Source: Camelus dromedarius (Eukaryota). From it: a DNA stretch of 64,000 bases. Below, piece by piece: positions 52,754-64,000 of this stretch (position 1 is the stretch's first letter; the number at the start of each line of letters is the position of its first letter). Below the pieces are notes generated by a model. That model had not been told where the DNA came from. It saw only the letters and a program-made list of their open reading frames with translations, and ran no database searches. The DNA is taken from the NCBI RefSeq assembly GCF_036321535.1, contig NC_087447.1, positions 50,718,001-50,782,000 on the forward strand, read 5' to 3'. Position numbers and translations under genes: made by a program.

Positions 52754-55700
52754 GTAAGGTGGGGACTTGGGCTTCTTCCCATTGGCAAGGAGGTGGATTT
52801 TCTCCCCGTCTCCACGCCTCTCTCCTTGAGAGTGCTAAGCAAGAACCAGAAGGAACCAGAAGGGGAAAGGAACCAGGGCAAAGCCCCAGGGTTAGGGCTC
52901 AACGTTGGGAGTTGGTTGGGGCCAAAGGTAATAAAAAGGTGTGTTTTCCCACCATATCCATGGTGCATATACTCCCCAGGAGTATCAGGTGGTAGGGGGC
53001 TGGAGCATGACCCAGGAATCAGTGTTCTAGCCATCCATTGCTTGGCATCAATCCAGAAGAGGGAATAACTAGTAGGAACTTTTCCTCTTCTAAGAAAGTA
53101 AGGGAGAGAATCCAAAGCAAAGTGAATAGCACTGCAATGAGGCAGGCAAACGTGGAGAGAGAAACAGAAAGGAGCAAAGTAAGAGGGTCACACAAGAACT
53201 CTATACAATCCTGCATGAGAAGGCTAGACTTAATCTATAAAAAGACCACTTGCTTTGCCCCTAGAACATTCCTGTGTTAGCCAATTGCTAATATTACTAT
53301 GGTACTATGTGCCAGGCATGGTTTAAGTGCCTTACACAAATCAACACATATTATCCTCTGAGCATATATAGCTCACAAATCCTGAGATAAATGACTTGCC
53401 AAAGGTCCCACAGATGAGTAACCTGAAGTTCAAAAGAGTTGCTAAGCAGCGCGTCTGTCCTCTCAAACTTTGCTACTCAGTAGTGCTCATATCAACAAGG
53501 ACACAGGTTCCCCTGAGCTGGATTTACCACGTGGTTTCCTGCAGGAGGTGGTACTTGAGCTGAGTCCTGAGGGACAAGGGATCAGGGCCAGCAGAAGCCG
53601 TGAAAGCTTAAGATGCAGGGACTCCAGGGCACCTGAAAGGGTGCTTTGAGAATAGGGAGGAATCCAGCAAAAAAAAAACAGAGGACACCCAGAGCTTCAC
53701 AGCATCAGCATCCAAGAACAGAGCTCAGCAAACCAGCACCACCCTCAGGAACAGGACCTGGCCCGATCTTTTTCTTACTTTCTTATCAAAAGGTGGCTGA
53801 GATCCAGGTTCCTGGATGAAATTTATAAAATTAAGTGCAGGTTTAACTAAGACAAGAATTACTGTTGCATTAAGACTGAGGTAATTTTCTTTCTAGAAAT
53901 GATTATGGGCAGGAAGAGGAGGTAGAGAATGCTTTTTAGTTATTTTTTAAACTAGCATTTGTATGGCCCTTTTTAGCATTGACAGTATTATATTCTTGCT
54001 CCTTATTTCATTGAGAGATGAATGTTAACTTCTTAATTTTTCAGATAAGGAAACTGAAGCCTAAGAGGTTTAACAAATTTATACAAAGTCACACAGCTAA
54101 TGAAAGAAGCTGGGGCTCATGCCCGAGTTATTTAGACTCTAAATTCTATTCTCATTCATCCTTGTATTCTTTCATTCATTGAAAAAAAGGTATTGCACAT
54201 CCCAAATGTTCCAGGTAGTTTATCTTGCTGGTTCTTTTTCTCAGCACATTAAACACTGAAGCAGGAATCCATTAAGAGTTGTAGGAATCTACCTCTAGTA
54301 TTTCTAACAGGATTCAGTGATTATAGCTTTTGCAAGGTTCTCCCACTTTTATTTGTAGTTAACTGCTGTCATTATTTCATTGAACACCTGCTCTGTGCCC
54401 ATCTTGTGCCACACATTGTGTACGGACCCACACATGAGAGTACATCTACTCAGTAACATCTATGCACAAATGACTCAATCTGAGAATGCTCATTGAGCAC
54501 ATATTCTGGGCAAAAAGTATTCATTCAACAAATATTTATTGGTACCTCTGATAATCATAATAGCTTATATTTACTGAACATTTACTGTCTGCCAAGTATC
54601 ATGCTAAATTCTTTATATATCACTCAATAACCCTTAAGAGGTAGGTATTTGAGAGCTAAATTCAACTTGCTCAGAACATGAAGTTAGAAAATACTAGAGG
54701 CAGAATTTGAACCCAGACAGCCAATATTTTCCACCACTATGTTGTCCCAACTCCTACTCTGGGCAGGGCACTGGGGAGACAGTATTGAACAAGAGAGATG
54801 CCATCCCAGCCCTCAAGATGCTTACACACTAGGAGAGAAGATAAACTAAATAAATAACATTATAGTCTCCTTTATGCTGCATTAAACCTTCCCCAAGGAC
54901 ACTCCTATTCAAGTGGAACTAGAGGGTGAGAAGGCAGAGCAGGCATTAAGTAGGTAAAGGAGGGGAAGGGAGGTCCATCCAGGCAGTGGAACAGCACAAG
55001 GGAAAGCTCCAAGGTAGGAAGTGTTGGCAGTCCGAGGCTGCGACTTAGCTGATGAGTAGGCCAGGTACAGAACAGTGCGAAGCTGAGGGAAAGAGCATTG
55101 TTCAAAGATTATTCCAGCTGCTGCAGAGGAGGAATCAGCTGAGAGCAAGAAAGTATGTGGAGAGACCAAGCAGGAGGCTATTTCATCTGAGCTGCAGATG
55201 CTAGCTTGAGTCAGCCTGTTGATAGTAGGAATGGAAGGGGACTGATGAAATATTTAGGAGTTAGAACTGACCAAGCTTGGGATGGGGGAAAGGAGGGAGT
55301 CAATCAGTTTTTGGCTTTAACAACATGGTGGCATGGAACTCTGGGACAACTCTAGGGAGGAAGATGAGAGCTCAGGTTGCATCCGAGGTGGCTGTGGACC
55401 ACCACATGGAGCTGGTAAGTAGTAGGCAGTTGGTTGGACATATGGTTCTGGAGTTTGAAGATCCTAAAAGTGAAGGAAATCATCTTGCACAAAGGTGGGA
55501 AGAGTCTCTAGGAGAGAGCCCTGGAGACCTTCCACCATTATAGGACGTTAGAGAGAAAGAAATGAGCAAAGGAAATTGGAGACACAGTTAAAGAGGGAAG
55601 AGGAAAGCCAGGAGAGAGCAGCATCCCTGAAACAGAGCAGTGTTTTAAGAAGGGCAGGACCTGGTGTGGCTGAATTTAGAAGGGAGTAAATACAGGAGAG

Positions 55701-56603
55701 GCTGTTGTGATCTGGGACTTGTCCTGAGGTGTCCTCATGAAGGCAGGGCTTGAGGTGTACCTAGGCAGGCGGGGAATTTTGATACACAGAGGAGAGGGGC
55801 CTGACCTGGCATGTATGAGGAACAAAAAATAACACCAGTAGGTAGAAATAGAAGGAGGTGGAGCCAGAGGATCCCAAAGAGGGTAAAGAATTGATGCCAT
55901 TCATTGACTGGCCACTTTATGCTCATTTAATGCTCCCAACAACCCTATAAAGTAAGAATCTACTAACCTTTTGATACAGAAGAAAATGCTTAGCCCTAGA
56001 AATCTGAAAGGACTTGTTCAAGATGATACATACAAGTAATGATGCCAGAATTCTGACCCTGGTCTGAGTCCAGGACTAGCACCTCATGCTTCCTTGACTC
56101 CAGTGGCAAGGAGGGAAATAGATCAGACAGGGTCAGGGCTCCACAGGGGTAAAGAAGAGGAAATAAGCTTGGAGAGATTTGGATGCAGAATCAACAGGAT
56201 TTGGAGAGTGGATATAAGTTAAGAGGGGGGGAAAGTCAGGGTTTCTGGTTGGAGCAACTGGGCTAATGGTGGGACCAATCAATGAGGTAGAAAAAGCAGC
56301 ATATGGATTCACCGTGAGACAGAGGCTTTAACTTTGACTTGGTGAAGTCCGCTGGGCCTGGGTGATGGCCAGAGATGTCAGGAGGCAGTGAGATACACAG
56401 ATCTGAAAGTCAGAACACTTCCGGCGGTGGTAGATGTGAAGTGTTTCAGTTCAGTTCTGATTTCTTTTTTACCTTCGTAACAACAGAATTGAGGAAGGGC
56501 TGATTCTGGGTTCTAGGAGAGACGTGACGGGGGGAAGGGTGTCAGTCCCCTGATCCAAAGACGACTCCAGGCTCATCGCTGACTCGGTTCTCCCTCCCCA
56601 CAG

Positions 56604-57746
56604 ATGGCTTTTCACCGCCGCAGGTCCGTGAAATCCAAGCCCCTGGCCTGCCTTCTGGTGGGTTTGAGTTTCTTGGCCCTGGGTCAGTGGTTCCTCCAAG
56701 TGTCCACGTCTCAGCAGAAGAAGGTGAGGGATGGCTCCCGGTCAGCTGTGAGTGTGACCCCTGCCGTGCCACCGTCCGCATCCAGCCCAGGGCCCGCGTG
56801 CGTGGCCAATGCCTCAGTGAATGGCACGGCCGACTTTGAGCAGCTGCCTGCGCGCATCCAAGACTACCTGCGGTATCGCCACTGCCGCCACTTCCCGCTG
56901 CTCTGGGACTCGCCAGCCAAGTGCGCGGGCGGCCGCGAGGCCTTCCTACTGCTGGCCGTGAAGTCGTCGCCCGCCAACTACGAGCGGCGCGAGCTCATCC
57001 GCCGCACTTGGGGGCAGGAGCGCAGCTACGGCGGGCGGCCGGTGCGCCGCCTCTTCCTGCTGGGCACCGCCGCGCCCGAGGACGCCGAGCGCGCCGAGCA
57101 GCTGGCGGCGCTGGTGGCCCTGGAGGCGCGCGAGCACAGCGACGTGCTGCAGTGGGCCTTCGCCGACACCTTCCTCAACCTCACGCTCAAGCACGTGCAC
57201 CTGCTCAACTGGCTGGCGGTGCGCTGCCCGCATGCGCGCTTCCTGCTCAGCGGCGACGACGACGTCTTCGTGCACACCGCCAACGTGGTCAGTTTCCTGG
57301 AGGCGCAGCCGCCCGACAGCCACCTCTTCGTCGGGCAGCTCATGAGCGGCTCCGTTCCCATCCGCGACAGCTGGAGCAAGTACTTCGTGCCCCCGCAGCT
57401 CTTCTCGGGGCCGGCCTACCCGGTGTACTGTAGCGGTGGCGGCTTCCTCCTGTCCCACTACACAATCCAGGCCCTGCACCGGGCCGCCCGCCACACCCCG
57501 CTCTTCCCCATCGACGACGCCTACATGGGCATGTGTCTGGAGCGCGCCGGCTTGGCTCCCAGCGGTCACGAGGGCATCCGGCCTTTCGGCGTGCACATGC
57601 CTGGCGCCCGGCAGCCCTCCTTCGACCCCTGCGTGTACCGCAATCTGCTGCTTGTGCACCGCTTCGTGCCCTACGAGATGCTGCTCATGTGGAAGGCGCT
57701 GCACGATTCCGGGCTGAGCTGTAGCCAAGGGCACAGGGTCTCCTGA
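56604..57746 (+). CDS. B3GNT6: Core 3 synthase (beta-1,3-N-acetylglucosaminyltransferase 6, GT31), 380 aa, intact single coding exon
   Basis: N-terminal signal anchor; LLLAVKS, RRELIRRTWG, DTFLNLTLK, GDDDVF, YCSGGG and FPIDDAYMG motifs; position next to ACER3 fits known synteny. Confidence 0.96.
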   Translation: MAFHRRRSVKSKPLACLLVGLSFLALGQWFLQVSTSQQKKVRDGSRSAVSVTPAVPPSASSPGPACVANASVNGTADFEQLPARIQDYLRYRHCRHFPLLWDSPAKCAGGREAFLLLAVKSSPANYERRELIRRTWGQERSYGGRPVRRLFLLGTAAPEDAERAEQLAALVALEAREHSDVLQWAFADTFLNLTLKHVHLLNWLAVRCPHARFLLSGDDDVFVHTANVVSFLEAQPPDSHLFVGQLMSGSVPIRDSWSKYFVPPQLFSGPAYPVYCSGGGFLLSHYTIQALHRAARHTPLFPIDDAYMGMCLERAGLAPSGHEGIRPFGVHMPGARQPSFDPCVYRNLLLVHRFVPYEMLLMWKALHDSGLSCSQGHRVS

Positions 57747-57770
57747 GGCCGGGTGGGCTGCGGTGGGTGG
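56720..57770. promoter_or_regulatory. Intragenic CpG island over the B3GNT6 CDS
   Basis: Very high GC and CpG density relative to the flanks (judged by eye). Confidence 0.85.
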
Positions 57771-58184
57771 GTAAGCAGCCTCTACACGGGATGCTTTCTG
57801 GATACCTTCTTTCCTATCCAGCTCCCTGCACCTGAATTCGAGCCACAAACCAGAATCACCTGGGTGAGGAGGGTGGAAAATACCTAAATCCTGGCCGCAT
57901 CTCCGAAAGTGTCCCCAGACTTCTAGGTATTGTTAAAGTTCTTTCAGGGATTCGAATGTGCAGCTAGAAAAGAAGCCCACTGGGCACGGGAGCATCTGTT
58001 ATCCTTCCAAACCCAGCTCCATCACCCCCTCTACAGCCTTCCAGGACACCCGCCTCAAATCACTGTAGACAATGGAGCAAGAGAGGGGTGAAGAGCCAGG
58101 ATTAAATGTCACCTGCAGGTGCAGTACACGTGAGTTGTCACTTCATCATTTCCTCCACAATTGCATGGAACTGAACGGACAGCC

Positions 58185-59235
58185 ATCATCAAAGCCAGCA
58201 GTCACATCATTCTGACCTCTGCTTCCATTGGCCCCATATCCTTCTCTGACTCTCCTGCTTCCCCTTTCACTTATAAAAAACTCTTGTGGTCACATTCGGC
58301 CTCTTGGATAATCCAAGAGAGTCTCCTTGTCTTAAGGTCAGCTGATCAGCAATCTTAATTCCATCTGCAAACTTAATTCCCCTTTGCCCTGCAACCTAAT
58401 GTATGCACTGTATGTTCTGGAGATTAGGACGTGGACATCCCTGGCGTGTGCACAGACCTCACTGCTGCAAATAACTGGTAACCCAAGTCAAAATGGCTCA
58501 ACATAGAAAGTCATTTATTATAGTTAAGTAGTCTGGTGGGAGGGAGGCTCCAAAGCTGGTGAATTCAATGGCTGCATGATGCCATCATGGACGCAGGCTC
58601 CCCCACCTTTCTGCTTTGCCATCCTCAGGACACTATTCTTCTCGGCCACAAGGTGGTTGCTGCTCTTCCAGACATCCTGTCCATTTGGAAGGAAGGAGCC
58701 CTTCCAAAAGCCCCCAGAAGACATCCTCTAATATCTTACTGGCAAACAACAGTATCTACCTTTGTTTTCTGCCAAGCTAACTTGCTCTGGGGACCACCCC
58801 TTACCAATTCTATGTGGTTTTGGGGAAACTGTCATTCACATTACACAATCTCCCCCAGAAACAGTGGTTGGAACGTACTCATGTACCATCCAAAAAGCAA
58901 TTCTGAGTCCTTTTGGTGGGGTTTCATGTGGACACTGGAAGAAAGTTTTCTCTTCCATTAGCATGGCTGGGCTGGGATGATGTAAGCTGAGCTGCCAGCT
59001 GCTATCCTGCCCAGGCTGGTGGGGAGAGTCCCTCTGCAGTGGGAGAGGGAAGGCCCACACACAGGGGAAGCAGAGAGAAAAAGAGGGGAGTGAGAAACTG
59101 GATGATCTCCTTGGGCCCCTGAGTGGCCATGCTTGAAGTTAGGATAGCTGGGCTTCATTTAGGAGAAACAGTAAATTCCCTGGTGGCCTACATCATTTGG
59201 GGATTTTATCATTTGCAATAAAAAAATATCCACTA
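58185..59235 (-). mobile_element. Cluster of MaLR (MLT1) LTR fragments
   Basis: ttaaggtcagctgatcagcaatcttaattccatctgcaa and ggtggttgctgctcttccagacatc motifs. Confidence 0.65.
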
Positions 59236-60087
59236 GAACTGTGGTCTGGCCTGATCACCAGCAGTCAGCCTCCTCCTTATCTCTCTTCAAGGACTCAGAA
59301 TCTACCCCGAGTCCCCACCAAGAGACCTTCACCCAACCCCTGATGCATATCCAGCTGCCTCAGTGGTCATCTGGTCTTGAATATACTGCAAGCACCCTGA
59401 CTGAAGCCTCTCTCAAGCCTGCCCCTCGACCAACATGCCCATCTTGGCAAATGGCAGTATCATGCCCTGATTTGTCCAAGCCAGGACTGGGAGGGGGTAT
59501 CTCAAACTCCCCCTCTCCCTGACACCCCATCTGATCAATCACCAAGTTCCATAGACTTTACCTCTAAAATCTCTCTCCACCTCCATCTCTGTGGACACCA
59601 GTCTGGCCTAGGCTACCAGCAGCTCTCATGTGGGCCTCAGCCAGAGGCACCTAGGGATCCATTCTCCACTCTGCAGCCAAAAGGCAGATCTGCTCACATT
59701 TTGGGCCTTCCCAAACTCTGCCCCTGCTGTCCTCAGATGGTAGGCAGACTCTTGACTGGACCAGTTGTTTGACCTGCGTTCCTTGCCTTCTCCAGCTGAT
59801 CTCTCTTCACTCTGCCAGGGCTCATGGAACCTCTGGTGTTCAGTGCACTGTCTTGCCTCTAGGCCTTCCCACATGCTGTTTCCTTGCCTGAAACACCTTT
59901 CCACCTTCACTTCATTTGACAGAAACTTCGATATAAGGTTAAGTATCATTCCTTGGAGAAGCCTTTCCCAACCCTTGTCCCAGGGCACAGAGCTGCCCAG
60001 CACCGCCTCTCCTCACCTCCTGCCTGGTTATGGCTCTGAATTCCCCAGAGCCCCCAGCATCTGCCACTGCCCCTGAAACTCAGTGTC

Positions 60088-60534
60088 TGTGTTAGTTTCC
60101 TACTGCTGCTGTGACAAACTACCATGCAGATGTACTGTCTTACAGTTCCGTAGGTCAGAAGTCTGACACAAGCCTCATGGGGCTAAAATCAAAGTATCAG
60201 CAGGACTGCATCCCTTGCTGGCAACTCCGAGGAGGATCTATTTCCCGGTCTGTTTTTTCCAGCTTCTAGAGGCCCCTTCCGCCATCTTCAAAGCCAGAAT
60301 GATGGCCTCCCTCTCTGACTCTTCAGCCTGCACCTTCCACTTTTAAGGACCCCTGTGATCACATTGGGCCCACCTGGTAATCCAGGATTATCCTCCTGTC
60401 TTAAGGTCAGCTGATCAGCAACCTTCATTCCATCTGTAACCTTAATGTTCTTTTCCCATGTAACCTTACATATTCATAAGTTCCAGGGATTAGGGTGTGG
60501 ACATCTTTGGGGGGCCATTATTCTACTTACCACA
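60088..60534 (-). mobile_element. MaLR solo LTR (MLT1 family)
   Basis: tgtgttagtttcctactgctgctgtgacaaactacca ... ggccattattctacttaccaca. Confidence 0.85.
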
Positions 60535-61052
60535 GTATCCAATACATATTTGTTGAATAAATGAGCCATAATTAAATAATGAACAAAAATTAATAAATGA
60601 ACAAATGTGCATCCTTCAAGCAGACCTCCTTGATGCAGACTGCTACCTGGACAGTTGAGTGTCACTGACACTGAATTCCCGTTCCTCCCGTTGCCATTTT
60701 TCAAGTGTTTGTCACAGATAAGAAAACAAGAATGCTGAGGCCAGGAGAGGACACCTCTATGTCCTTTGGAAAATCTGAATTCTGTGCTTTGACGACATCC
60801 TCCCATTTTCCTGACAGGCAGGTGGATTATCCCCACTTCATGGGCAAAGAGATTGATTCAGGAACGTCACAGTTCAGAAGAGTCAGAATGCCACAGTTAT
60901 GGGACTGCTGTGTTACTCTGGGTCCTGGTCACCCCATGTCTGGGCTGCTAGCGTCACCAGGCCCAGGGAAGGCCCGCGGCTCGCACAGCCCTAGCACCGC
61001 CTGATGTCCCCTAGCTCACCCCGCCTGGCTCATCGGGCACTTTTGCGCCCCG

Positions 61053-61071
61053 AGGCCGCCAGGGGGCGCGC
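61053..61071 (+). promoter_or_regulatory. Strong CTCF core motif in a small CpG-rich patch (about 60950-61160)
   Basis: AGGCCGCCAGGGGGCGCGC is close to the CTCF consensus TGGCCACCAGGGGGCGCTA. Confidence 0.7.
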
Positions 61072-61189
61072 CCCGCACACGGTTTCCGCTTAGAGGCTGA
61101 CCGTTGGTCCTTGGGCCACGTAAAGCCCGTGCTCCCAACCAACTCCCTTAATCCGGACAGCGTTGCTAACAAGGACCCCTCAAGAGCAA

Positions 61190-62185
61190 AGAAAATGATG
61201 AGGCTGTCTCACTAACAAACACAGATGCAAACTCCTACATGAAATGCTAGCTGACACAATGTGGCAATACGTAAAAAGGATAATGTCCCAGCACCTATGT
61301 GGGTTTATCCCAGAAATTCGAGGTGGGCTTAGCATTAGAAAAGGAATCAGAATATATGGATAAAAAAGGAATATTCGTCAACGTAGCACATCATATCAAG
61401 AGAAATATAAGTATCTCATATGGGAGAAAAAAATGTTTGATAAAATTCAACATCCATTCGTGATTTTAAAGAAAATCTCAGTTAAAGGTGAAAGCATTTG
61501 AAAGCATTTCCTTTAAGATTCAGAAAAAGCTAGATGTGCCCATCGTCACAGCTGTTCCATTTTCCAAGGTCAAGAAACAGCAAGGCAAGATAAAGATTCA
61601 AAATTATAATAACTTGAAAAAAGTAAATTATCAAAACCTCACAGGCTTACAATCCTATCAGATCTAATTTCCCCATAAAATTAATGCTATATGCCCTATC
61701 CTGAAATGAAATTCTTAGGGAATATAATCTCTCCACACATTTATTTTCCAAAAAAGCCAATATAATTCTTTAATTGTAGTATAAAAGATTAATAAAAGAA
61801 AAATACTTTAAAATAAAATAATATGAATTGTGATGTGTAAATTCTTGAGCACAGCAAGAAACTTCCTTCAAATCTACCCCTAGTGGGCAGTACACCTCAT
61901 TGAGAACCATTAGCCTACTTCGAAAAACATCAACACCACACCCAAATCCTACAGTTAATTACTTAATTTTAAAATGTACCAAGTCTTCTAGTACAAAATC
62001 AGTGTACAAAAATCAATTTAACTTCTATACACTAGTAACAAGCAATTGGGTACTTGGTAAAAGTACCATTTATAACAGAAGTAAAAATGTACCCAGGACT
62101 GAATCTAAAAGTGATACAAGAAAATTTTTTTAAAAATTTAAGATATCTTTTAAACATCTAAATTAACGTATAGAGATATAGTGTT
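61190..62185 (+). mobile_element. Degraded L1M ORF2 fragments
   Basis: acagatgcaaaactcct, tttgataaaattcaacatccattcgtgat and tacaaaatcagtgtacaaaaatcaat motifs. Confidence 0.7.
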
Positions 62186-64000
62186 GTAAAGCACCTCCAA
62201 GCCCCTGACTTTCTTGGATCCACACCCCATCTTGGGAACACGGATTATTATCATCCCTATTGGGCAGATGTGGAGACTGAGGCCCAGATAAGTGAATGAC
62301 CTGCCCAAAGTCACCAAGTCTGCTGGGCCATGGCCTCCTGCCTGCCATTCCTGGGCCTTGACCATGGCCCCAGGCACCGTGCCTGAACTTCACCACACCC
62401 AGAGCCAAAGGCTGCAGCTGCATTAGGCCGGAGGCCAGGCCTCTGGGCTCCAGAGAGGAGGCAGGTGGCAATTAGGCTGTGTGCGAGCATGCGCACACAC
62501 ACAGCTGTAACGTGTGTGTCTTCAGTAGAGGAAACCTGCTCAGTGCCACCCGACTCAGCGGCACTTGAGAGCTGGAGGTCGAAACCCGTTTGAGGCAAGA
62601 GGTGAAGGTGGAGCTCAAAGGTAAGGCCCCACCCCAGTTTCCCCCATCCCAAGCCCCACCCTCAAACCCAGAAGAAAAGAGCAAATAAAGATTGTGGGGA
62701 GACAGGAAGTCTGAGCCAGAAGGGCCCTGAGTGGGCAGGAAAGTGGGCCGGGAGGGGAGCCGTGGCTCCAGCATCGCCCAGCAGGCGTGTGGCAGTGAGG
62801 GCTCAGCTCAGAATGCAGCCCTGCGGAGGGGACAGTCTGGGGTTTGAATGCTAACTACCATGTTTGCCTGTCGGTGGCCCCTAAGTGGAGCCCGTCGCTG
62901 CCCAGAGTGAGGACTCCGCCCCTCCCCCTCCCGGAGAGCAGAACCACCTGCGGCTCGACTGGCGGCCGGGAAACGGCCAGTCTCTTAGCCTTAAGTCAAT
63001 GTTGTAACAGTTTTTAGAGCTGGCCTCCTCCACCCTGGGACGGTCTTTCACAGAATTGTTCTGTCCTGGCCATGACCCTCTTCTCCCCTCCAGCCTAGAC
63101 TCTGCCTGGCCTTTGAGTAAACAGGCCCATTAATCTATTTTTCACAGCAGAAGAGCAGTCTTTCCAGAAGGTTTGTTCTCATACTCCCAAGAACACAGAA
63201 ATGACATCAGTTTTTAAAATGTCATCTTTTTTTTTTTTCCTTTACTCTTGCTCTCAAGAGTTTGGAGCAATCAATCACAAATTAGATTTGTATTCTAGAA
63301 AGTTCATTTGGCTGAGGGAGACAGGAGCTCAGGGGCAGGAGGGGCCCTGGGGAGAGTGAGGAGGTGATGAGTAGGGGAGCAAGGAATGTGCCAGACCTGG
63401 GAGGGGGGCAGAGGTCAGGGGAGGTGGAGTGTGCAGGGCTTGGAACCTGGGGGAGGGGCGAATGGGAGGGGAGGGGAGTGCTTGTCAGGGCAGATAGGAA
63501 GGCTGGCTCCGGCCTGGCCTTTGGGGTGGGGTGACCGGGCACAGACAGTCCGGGAGACGGCCCGCACGTGTCCTGGGAGCCTGTGGCAGCACCTGGGGGG
63601 ACAGGGGTCCCCCACACCACACCCCAACTGCCTGGGATCCTACCTCCACTCATCCCCACAGCTCCCCAGTATGCGGCAGAGGACAGGAGGCCCTGAGTGT
63701 CTTTCAGAATGTTCTACACCAGGTGTCAGCGGGGCTCCCTGTTCCTCCTGCCCCTCCCCTCATCCCCTCCGTAGCAGCTGCGTGTGGGCTGCAGGCCAGA
63801 GCCTCGGCCTCACTGCTGGACCCAGCCTGATGTCTTCCAAAGCTCCCCACCCCTCCCCTGCATGAGCAGTACTGGCCTCTGCACAGAAGTGGGAAGAAGG
63901 GAGCTCCCCAAACTCTCAGAGATGGAAGACAGCTGCCTGTGTGGCCTGAGACTCCAGACACAGCCCCCACGCAACCGCGGCTCAAGTGGGTGTCCAAGGG

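Noticed and set aside
56946..57848. 300-aa antisense ORF and other alternative-frame ORFs over B3GNT6
   Set aside because: Expected shadow ORFs of a very GC-rich CDS; no credible ATG start or recognisable domain.
58500..64000. Many 60-160 aa ORFs in the GC-rich right end
   Set aside because: No recognisable domains or consistent splice structure; many overlap LTR fragments.

Overview
Mammalian genomic DNA, probably camelid-like: the young L1 3' UTRs look camelid and I saw no Alu, B1, Bov-A, PRE-1 or SINEC elements (species is an inference). The window holds the last six coding exons and long 3' UTR of ACER3 (+ strand, exons 1239-38883), then the two-exon B3GNT6 gene (non-coding exon about 52627-52753, intact 380-aa CDS 56604-57746). 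The rest is mostly L1, L2, MIR, MaLR and ERV1 remnants. The main finding is a TSD-flanked, polyadenylated, antisense retrocopy at 14038-14984 inside an ACER3 intron. It begins inside the H/ACA snoRNA SNORA53, keeps the remainder of that SLC25A3 host intron with its splice acceptor, then continues as spliced SLC25A3 3' exons, 3' UTR and poly(A). It may be a genomic fossil of a snoRNA-headed or snoRNA-intron-retaining polyadenylated transcript. Other notable items are a 5'-inverted L1 nested in another inverted L1, a 72-bp local templated duplication, an ERV1 fragment in the probable ACER3 3' UTR, a (GT)33 tract beside an ACER3 donor site, an overlapping uORF on B3GNT6 and a strong CTCF motif. 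Gene, snoRNA and repeat-family names come from my recall of reference sequences, not from searches.
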